From NCBI GenBank assembly GCA_046594105.1, contig JBKJQB010000195.1, forward strand, positions 4,674 through 68,673: 64,000 nucleotides of DNA, written 5' to 3'. The first letter of the stretch is position 1. Every line of letters starts with the position of its first letter. The notes under the pieces were generated by a model, which did no database searches, was not told the origin of the DNA, and was given only the letters and a program-made list of their open reading frames with translations. The translations under genes and the position numbers were made by a program. Source of the DNA: Thermoanaerobaculia bacterium (GTDB taxonomy: Bacteria > Acidobacteriota > Thermoanaerobaculia > Gp7-AA8). Shown here piece by piece: positions 57,821 to 64,000 of the stretch.

Positions 57821-58515
57821 CTCTTCTCGTCTGGAAGTTGACGCCCCGCCGATCTGGCGGGGCGTTTTTTTTGCAGCGACCCTCGTTTCTTTCCCTCGAG
57901 ATCCGCCTGGAGCAGAAGGTAGAGGCGCCCAGCCTGATTCTCTGCCTCAGCCGTGTCGCCGCTGTTGTCCAGAACGTAGTCAGCATGCTGCAGGCGCTTC
58001 TCGCGCGGCATCTGGTGGGACATCCGTCGCGTTGCCTCGGCGCGGCTCATCCCTCTCGCCTCGGCCCTCTGGAGTTGCATCTCCGACGGCAGGTCGACCA
58101 CCACGATCCTGTCGTAGCGGTCCAGGTTTCCCGCTTCGATCAGGAGGGCTGCCTCAACCACCAGGATCCGATCGTGGTCGGGGTTTTCAGCAGTCTCCTT
58201 CTCGCTCAAGCGATCCTGCTCCCGCCGGACCAGAGGGTGGATCAGCGCGTTCAGCTCACTGGCCGACGCGTCGCTGGAGAACGCGAGATCCGCCAGCCGT
58301 GCCCGATCGATGGTGTGGTCCGGCCGCAGGATGGAGGGACCGTAGCGTTCGACGAGAGCAGCATGGCCGGTTTCTCCCGGACGGTAGAGATCCGCGACGA
58401 TGGCGTCCGCGTCGATCGTGGTGCAGCCGAGACTCCCCAGAATCCGGGCGATGGTCGACTTGCCGCTGGCGATCCCTCCAGTCAGGCCGACCTCGAGGAT
58501 CAGGATCGCCTCCAA
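57817..58515 (-). CDS. coaE: dephospho-CoA kinase
   Basis: [16 protein letters not shown]-loop at the N-terminus. Size about 230 aa. Confidence 0.75.
   Translation of the reverse strand: MEAILILEVGLTGGIASGKSTIARILGSLGCTTIDADAIVADLYRPGETGHAALVERYGPSILRPDHTIDRARLADLAFSSDASASELNALIHPLVRREQDRLSEKETAENPDHDRILVVEAALLIEAGNLDRYDRIVVVDLPSEMQLQRAEARGMSRAEATRRMSHQMPREKRLQHADYVLDNSGDTAEAENQAGRLYLLLQADLEGKKRGSLQKKRPARSAGRQLPDEKS
57841..57872 (+). terminator. intrinsic terminator after Met-rich lipoprotein paralog 3 (near-duplicate of the previous one)
   Basis: ACGCCCCGCC-gatct-GGCGGGGCGT hairpin followed by TTTTTTTTT. Lies inside the 3' end of the convergent coaE. Confidence 0.85.
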
Positions 58516-59402
58516 CCGGCGGCGGTGAGCGTGTTCTGCATGAGCATGGCGATGGTCATCGGGCCGACGCCTCCGGGAACCGGCGTGAGAAAGCCGGCGA
58601 CCTCGCGAACGCGGGCAAAATCGACATCCCCTACGATGACCGAACCGCTTTTCGCAAGGGCTCGAGACTTCTGCTCGTCATGCGAAAGCCGTGAGGCGAA
58701 CGAAGCGTCAACCCGGTTGATCCCGACGTCGATGACGACTGCGCCGTGCTTCACCATGTCGTCGGTGACGAACAGCGGTTTTCCGATGGCTGCGACCAGG
58801 ATGTCCGCCTGTCGGGTGACCGAGGGGAGATCGAGGGTGCGTGAGTGGCAGATGGTCACCGTGGCGTTCCGTTGGAGGAGCAGCGCCGCGGCAGGCTTCC
58901 CCACAATGTCGCTGCGACCGAGGACCACCGCTCGTTTTCCCTCGATGGGGATGCCGATGGCCTCCAGCAGACGGATCACGCCGGCGGGCGTGCAAGGCAC
59001 CAGAGCCGGGCGCCCCAGCGCCAGTCGGCCGACGTTGATGGGGTGGAATCCGTCGACGTCCTTTTCCGGATCGATGGCCTCGATGATTTTCCGCGCATCG
59101 ATGTGCCTGGGGAGCGGGAGCTGGACGAGGATGCCGTCCACCTCCGGGTCGCTGTTCAGCTGGGCAACCTCGGTCAGGAGATCCGGCTCGCTGAGGCTCT
59201 CCGGGAAGATCCGTTCTGTCCCTTTGAGTCCCAGCTCTTCAGCCTTCCTGGCCTTATTGCGAACGTAAATCTCGGATGCGGGGTCGCTGCCGACCCGAAC
59301 GGCCACCAGCCCCGGCCGGTAGGAGAGCTTCCCGATCGCGCGGGCGACCTCGATCTCCAACTCCCGGGCGACGGCTTTCCCATCGATGAGCACCGCGGCC
59401 AT
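58500..59402 (-). CDS. folD: bifunctional methylenetetrahydrofolate dehydrogenase/cyclohydrolase
   Basis: 300 aa. [41 protein letters not shown]. Confidence 0.9.
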   Translation of the reverse strand: MAAVLIDGKAVARELEIEVARAIGKLSYRPGLVAVRVGSDPASEIYVRNKARKAEELGLKGTERIFPESLSEPDLLTEVAQLNSDPEVDGILVQLPLPRHIDARKIIEAIDPEKDVDGFHPINVGRLALGRPALVPCTPAGVIRLLEAIGIPIEGKRAVVLGRSDIVGKPAAALLLQRNATVTICHSRTLDLPSVTRQADILVAAIGKPLFVTDDMVKHGAVVIDVGINRVDASFASRLSHDEQKSRALAKSGSVIVGDVDFARVREVAGFLTPVPGGVGPMTIAMLMQNTLTAAGWRRS

Positions 59403-59708
59403 CAGTTTCTTGTATCACACGGAGGAGGGGGGATGATCCTCATGAGAGTGGCGAGCCGGACGGGCGCGAATCCCTTGCCGGCGGACTGGGAAAATCGCGG
59501 AAAACCGGGGAGCGGCACGGGCGGAGCAGGCGGCGAAAACGACGGGAATGAATCCGTTGACACGCTCTGTTCGGCAGTGTTACCGTTTCTTCCCTTTCCC
59601 GCGGGGAAAGTGTGTGTCTGTCTTTGAAAGCCTGCGGCGCTGTTCTGTTCACGCCTGCGCCGCGGCAATCGGGATCGAATTCAAGTCGGGTAGTTTTCAG
59701 GGAGAGTC

Positions 59709-60143
59709 ATGCGTACGTATTTCCCCAAGAAGGGTGACATCGAGCCTCGCTGGTTCGTGATCGACGCCGACGGCGAAGTGCTCGGCCGTCTGTCCACGAC
59801 CATCGCCAATCTCATTTCTGGCAAGGCGAAGCCGACCTACACGCCGTTCCTCGATACCGGCGATCACGTCATCGTGATCAACGCCGAGAAGATCCGGCTC
59901 ACCGGCAAGAAGGAGACGGACAAGATCTACCGTCACCACTCGTCGTATCCGGGGGGCCTGAAGGAGTCGGCTGCGCGGTTCGTCCGGGCTGAGAAGCCTG
60001 AGCGCATGATTGAGGAAGCAGTGTGGGGCATGCTGCCGAAGAGCAAACTCGGTCGCAAAATGCTCAAGAAACTGAAAGTTTATCGCGGTACCAACCATCC
60101 GCACACGGCGCAGCAGCCGGAGCGGATTGAAGTCGTCGGTTAA
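59709..60143 (+). CDS. rplM: 50S ribosomal protein L13
   Basis: [29 protein letters not shown] is the canonical L13 N-terminus. Confidence 0.95.
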   Translation: MRTYFPKKGDIEPRWFVIDADGEVLGRLSTTIANLISGKAKPTYTPFLDTGDHVIVINAEKIRLTGKKETDKIYRHHSSYPGGLKESAARFVRAEKPERMIEEAVWGMLPKSKLGRKMLKKLKVYRGTNHPHTAQQPERIEVVG

Positions 60144-60157
60144 CCGAGGAGGATCGC

Positions 60158-60550
60158 TTGGCTTTGGTCGAATACTACGGGACGGGACGGCGCAAGACGT
60201 CGACGGCCCGCGTGCACATGCGTCAGGGGAGCGGTGTGATCACCGTGAACCGCCGGCCGATCGAGGAATACTTCGGCAATGACGTGCTCAAGATGATCAT
60301 CAAACAGCCGTTGTCGCTGACCGAGACCGTCGACAAGTTCGACATCGTGGTCACCGTCGACGGCGGCGGCCCGAGCGGCCAGGCCGGGGCGATCCGGCAC
60401 GGCATCTCCCGCGCCCTCCAGATCTACAACGGCGAGTTGCGCAAGCGCCTGAAGAAGGCCGGCCTGCTGACGCGCGATCCGAGAATGAAAGAGCGCAAGA
60501 AGTACGGACAGAAGGGTGCCCGGGCACGCTTCCAGTTCTCCAAGCGCTGA
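60158..60550 (+). CDS. rpsI: 30S ribosomal protein S9
   Basis: 130 aa ending [11 protein letters not shown], the canonical S9 C-terminus. Confidence 0.95.
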   Translation: MALVEYYGTGRRKTSTARVHMRQGSGVITVNRRPIEEYFGNDVLKMIIKQPLSLTETVDKFDIVVTVDGGGPSGQAGAIRHGISRALQIYNGELRKRLKKAGLLTRDPRMKERKKYGQKGARARFQFSKR

Positions 60551-60588
60551 TCCGTTCATGCTTCCCGTTTTCTCGAGTTTGCAATCTG

Positions 60589-60623
60589 GACAGGAGCGAT
60601 CATCGCTCCTGTCTTTTTGTTTT
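60589..60623 (+). terminator. intrinsic terminator after rplM-rpsI
   Basis: GACAGGAGCG-atcat-CGCTCCTGTC hairpin followed by TTTTTGTTTT. Confidence 0.8.
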
Positions 60624-60738
60624 CACCGGCTTGAGGTGACCACGGTGGCGGCGCACGCATCGGCGTGACGGCGTTCATGCGCAGTCATCCCGGCTCATCG
60701 ATTCGTCTCATTCACTTCAACGATCAAGGAGGGTTCAC

Positions 60739-61530
60739 TTGGCGGTCTCTATTACGATGAAAGAGCTTTTGGAAGCTGGCGTGCACTTCGGTCATCAGAC
60801 CAAGCGCTGGAATCCCAAGATGAAGAAGTACATCTTCGGGAAGCGCAATGGGATCTACATCATTGACCTGCAGAAGACGCTCAAGCTCTTTAAGGAAGCT
60901 TCCAGTTTCATCTCGGACCTCGCGTCCGGGGGCAAGCGCATCCTGTTTGTCGGCACCAAGCGACAGGCGCAGGACGCCATTCTCGAAGAGGCGAACCGTT
61001 GCGGCATGTTCTACGTGAACAATCGCTGGCTGGGCGGCACGCTGACCAACTTCACCACCGTCCGCAAATCGATCGAGCGTCTCAAGGAGATCGAAGGGCA
61101 CCTCAACGACACAGAGAAAGAGATGTCCAAGAAAGAGCGCGCCGGGCTCGATCGCGAGCGGGACAAGCTGCAGAAGAATCTGATCGGAATCCGCGAGATG
61201 GACGGCCTTCCGGACGCACTGTTCGTGATCGATCCGAAGAAGGAGTACATCGCGGTCAAGGAAGCGAAGAAACTGGGGATCCCCGTGGTGGCCATCGTGG
61301 ACACTAACTGCGACCCTGAGGACATCGACTACGTGATCCCCGGCAACGATGACGCCATCCGCGCCATCCGCCTGTTCACGCAGAAGATTGCCGACGCCGT
61401 CCTGGAGGGCTACAACATCGCCGAGGAGCGTTACATCGGAACCGATGACAAGTCTGCCGCTTCCGCCGCTCCTGTGGCGGCCATGCAGCAGGAAGCTCCT
61501 GCCGAGGAATTGGCTCCAGCCGTTTCCTGA
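60739..61530 (+). CDS. rpsB: 30S ribosomal protein S2
   Basis: [22 protein letters not shown] is the canonical S2 N-terminus. Confidence 0.95.
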   Translation: MAVSITMKELLEAGVHFGHQTKRWNPKMKKYIFGKRNGIYIIDLQKTLKLFKEASSFISDLASGGKRILFVGTKRQAQDAILEEANRCGMFYVNNRWLGGTLTNFTTVRKSIERLKEIEGHLNDTEKEMSKKERAGLDRERDKLQKNLIGIREMDGLPDALFVIDPKKEYIAVKEAKKLGIPVVAIVDTNCDPEDIDYVIPGNDDAIRAIRLFTQKIADAVLEGYNIAEERYIGTDDKSAASAAPVAAMQQEAPAEELAPAVS

Positions 61531-61555
61531 CATTCGAACGGATTTTTCTCTGATG

Positions 61556-61590
61556 GAGGACAGGCTCCCGCCTGTTCTCCATCTTCGTTT
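61556..61590 (+). promoter_or_regulatory. rpsB-tsf intergenic hairpin (attenuator-like)
   Basis: GGAGGACAGG-ctcccg-CCTGTTCTCC stem followed by a T-rich tail, located between rpsB and tsf. Confidence 0.45.
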
Positions 61591-61668
61591 CAGGCTCCTG
61601 CGCGCGATGCCAGGGGCCCGGCAGGCCAGCGCGCTTGCCTTCCAACAAGACAATCGAGGAGATGCAAC

Positions 61669-62592
61669 ATGACTCAGATCACGGCAGCGATGGTGAAGGA
61701 ACTGCGCGAGCAGACTGGCGCCGGCATGATGGACGTGAAGGCCGCGCTCACCGAGGCCGGAGGCAACGCGGAGGAGGCCACCAAAATCCTCCGCAAGAAG
61801 GGTCTGGCCGCAGCGAGCAAGAAGGCCGGACGTGTGGCCGCAGAAGGTGCGGTGCAGGCGGAAGTCGACGGGAAGGTTGGAGTGCTCGTCGAGGTCAACT
61901 GCGAGACCGACTTCGTGGGGCGGAACGAGAACTTCCGGAACTTTGCTTCGGATGTTGCCAGGGTCATCGCCCGCAATCAGGTCTCCACGATCGACGAGCT
62001 CAATCAACAGAAGTGGATCGGTCAGGCCGATACCGTCGGCCAGAAGACCACCGAGATGATCGCCTCCATCAAGGAGAACATCACCATCCGGCGCTTCGTG
62101 CGGTACGAAGCGGCACCCAATGGCGTCATGGCCGCTTACATTCATGCCGGTGGAAAGATCGGCGTGCTGGTTGAGCTTCTGGCCACCAGTGGCGAGAAGA
62201 ACAGCGGCATGAGCGACCTCGCCCGCGACGTGGCCATGCACATCGCCGCGTCAGAGCCGCGCTTCATCCGCCGCGAGGACGTCACGGAGAAAGATCTGGA
62301 CACCGAGCGGGAGATCGCCCGCGACGCCGCCGCCAAGTCCGGCAAGCCTGAGAACATCGTCGAGAAGATGGTCACCGGAAAGATGGACAAGTTCTACGGC
62401 GAAGCCTGTCTGCTCGAGCAGCCGTACATCAAGGCCGACAAGCAGACGGTCACTGAGTTTCTCAAAGCGGCTGGCAAGGACAGCGGTTGCACATACACCG
62501 TGAGCCGCTTCACTCGCTACAAGCTCGGTGAGGGCATCGAGAAGAAAAGCGGTGAGGACTTTGCGACTGAAGTGGCCTCCTATCTGAAGTAA
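61669..62592 (+). CDS. tsf: elongation factor Ts
   Basis: ITAAMVKELREQTGAGMMDVKAAL is the canonical EF-Ts N-terminal UBA-like region. Confidence 0.95.
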   Translation: MTQITAAMVKELREQTGAGMMDVKAALTEAGGNAEEATKILRKKGLAAASKKAGRVAAEGAVQAEVDGKVGVLVEVNCETDFVGRNENFRNFASDVARVIARNQVSTIDELNQQKWIGQADTVGQKTTEMIASIKENITIRRFVRYEAAPNGVMAAYIHAGGKIGVLVELLATSGEKNSGMSDLARDVAMHIAASEPRFIRREDVTEKDLDTEREIARDAAAKSGKPENIVEKMVTGKMDKFYGEACLLEQPYIKADKQTVTEFLKAAGKDSGCTYTVSRFTRYKLGEGIEKKSGEDFATEVASYLK

Positions 62593-62615
62593 GCGTTCCT
62601 CTTCGATCCCACCTC

Positions 62616-62642
62616 AAGGCCGCCTCCGGGCGGCCTTTTTCT
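62616..62642 (+). terminator. intrinsic terminator after tsf
   Basis: AGGCCGCC-tccg-GGCGGCCT hairpin followed by TTTTTCTC. Confidence 0.75.
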
Positions 62643-62776
62643 CGCAAGATGGCCCGGCCGGTCTGGCACAGTCACTCCTTTCCGTGCTCCTGATTTTCAG
62701 CAGGAAGAACCGCGTGCGATGCAGTGGCGGATGACCGAAAAAATCCCCTTAGACGCTCGTGATATAAACCGTTCCG

Positions 62777-63523
62777 ATGGCCGACAACGCGCGCACGCGC
62801 TACACGCGCATTCTTCTCAAACTGTCCGGCGAGGCGCTCATGGGCGGCCGCCGAACCGGGATCGACTCCCAGACTCTGGCCGATATCGCCGATGAAATCG
62901 TCGAGGTCCGCGAGCTCGGCGTAGAGATCGCCATCGTCATCGGTGGCGGGAATATTTTTCGCGGCGTGACCGCAGCCACCGAGGGGATCGACCGCGTGGC
63001 CGGCGATCACATGGGGATGCTGGCCACCGTGATCAACGCGCTTGCTCTGCAGGACGCTCTGGAGCGCCGTGGGGCTCACACACGCGTGAACTCCGCGATC
63101 ACCATGGCCGAAGTGGCCGAACCCTTCATCCGACGCAAGGCCATCCGCCATCTGGAAAAGGGGCGGATCGTGATTTGCGCTGCCGGCACGGGCAATCCGT
63201 ACTTCACCACCGATTCGGCCGCAGCTCTTCGCGCCAGCGAGCTGAAATGCCAGATCATCTTCAAGGCCACGAAGGTGGACGGGATCTACACGGCGGATCC
63301 GGAAAAGGATCCGAGCGCCAAGAAGATCCCGCACGCCACCTACCAGCGCGTGCTCGCCGAGCGTCTGCAGGTCATGGATGCCGCGGCCATCGATCTGGCG
63401 CGCAACAGCTCCATTCCGATCTACATTTTTTCGCTCAAGGAAAAGGGAAACATCCGGCGAGCGCTCATGGGTGAGCAAATCGGTTCGATCGTCAGCGACG
63501 ACCCGCCGGAAACGGCGGGCTGA
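62777..63523 (+). CDS. pyrH: UMP kinase
   Basis: RILLKLSGEAL and IVIGGGNIFRG motifs. Confidence 0.95.
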   Translation: MADNARTRYTRILLKLSGEALMGGRRTGIDSQTLADIADEIVEVRELGVEIAIVIGGGNIFRGVTAATEGIDRVAGDHMGMLATVINALALQDALERRGAHTRVNSAITMAEVAEPFIRRKAIRHLEKGRIVICAAGTGNPYFTTDSAAALRASELKCQIIFKATKVDGIYTADPEKDPSAKKIPHATYQRVLAERLQVMDAAAIDLARNSSIPIYIFSLKEKGNIRRALMGEQIGSIVSDDPPETAG

Positions 63524-63633
63524 GTCTTCGGAGGGCACGCGGCCCAGCCTCCGCGTTCTTTCCAGGAATCGGGGAAGCGGCCGAGGACGGCCGCGCCACA
63601 CCCGCCAGCGATCATTCGGGAGGGTCGTGATCA

Positions 63634-64000
63634 ATGATTCAGGATGTGATCAAAGACGTTCAGCACAGGATGCACGGCGCCATCGAGGCGCTCCATCGCG
63701 AGTTCAAGACTCTGCGGACCGGCCGCGCCAATGCGGCCATGCTCGACAGTGTCATCGTCGACTACTACGGCACGCCCACCCCCATCGCGCAGGTGGCCAG
63801 CATCAAGACCCCCGAGCCCTCGATGATCCTGGCAGAGCCGTGGGACAAGTCGATGCTGGCCGCCATCGAGAAAGCGATCCGCACCGCCGACCTCGGGTTC
63901 AATCCGACCAGCGACGGCAAAGTCATCCGCGTTCCCATCCCGACCTTGACGGAGGAACGTCGTAAAGAACTCGTCAAGCGGGCGCACGCCGTCTGCGAAG
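63634..64000 (+). CDS. frr: ribosome recycling factor (5' part; continues beyond window)
   Basis: Hand translation MIQDVIKDVQHRMHGAIEALHREFKTLRTGRANAAMLDSVIVDYYGTPTPI. GGGAGGG RBS upstream. Reading frame stays open to the window end. Confidence 0.9.
   Translation, partial: MIQDVIKDVQHRMHGAIEALHREFKTLRTGRANAAMLDSVIVDYYGTPTPIAQVASIKTPEPSMILAEPWDKSMLAAIEKAIRTADLGFNPTSDGKVIRVPIPTLTEERRKELVKRAHAVCE

Noticed and set aside
59556-59600. TTGACA hexamer and CTTTCCCGCGGGGAAAG hairpin in rplM leader considered as promoter/autoregulatory leader
   Set aside because: No convincing -10 element at 17 +/- 1 bp spacing. The hairpin is short. Left as an unconfirmed observation rather than a feature.

Overview
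This is a high-GC (about 65-70%) bacterial chromosomal segment. Its gene content (a giant alpha-2-macroglobulin with PBP1C, many GAF/PAS signalling proteins, frequent TTG/GTG starts) is most consistent with an Acidobacteriota-like genome, but that is a low-confidence inference. The window is densely coding on both strands.

Main content, 5' to 3':
- A partial AmpG-like muropeptide permease.
- Two lipoproteins, a family-2 glycosyltransferase and a DUF2071 protein.
- A 1173-aa GAF-PAS-GGDEF-EAL c-di-GMP signalling protein.
- A bacterial alpha-2-macroglobulin (1930 aa, CAEQ thioester) followed by PBP1C. PBP1C appears interrupted by a 1-nt frameshift before its C-terminal domain.
- A gamma-glutamyl hydrolase-like amidotransferase, a thioredoxin-like protein and DsbD.
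- A YfhO-family membrane protein, tyrA, mce, queE-queC and thymidine phosphorylase.
- A contiguous lysine-biosynthesis block: asd-lysC-dapB-dapA-dapD-aminotransferase.
- A peptidoglycan-remodelling neighbourhood: a class A beta-lactamase-like protein, an M15 peptidase, a 560-aa amidoligase-like protein, an SLT transglycosylase and RlpA.
- An orphan histidine kinase with an S51-like peptidase, then sucD, sucC, a flippase, rlmD, comEC and miaA.
- An FHA-GAF-PP2C phosphatase head-to-head with a DnaD-like protein.
- A tandem family of Met/Thr-rich lipoproteins with duplicated terminators.
- coaE, folD and a translation block: rplM-rpsI, rpsB-tsf, pyrH, frr.

There are no CRISPR arrays, rRNA or tRNA genes and no recognisable transposases.

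The most unusual items are the Met-rich lipoprotein family, the amidoligase-centred peptidoglycan cluster, two dispersed REP-like repeat families that bracket genes, and a roughly 200-bp compound palindrome between convergent genes. Many long ORFs in the six-frame track are antisense artefacts of high GC and were rejected.
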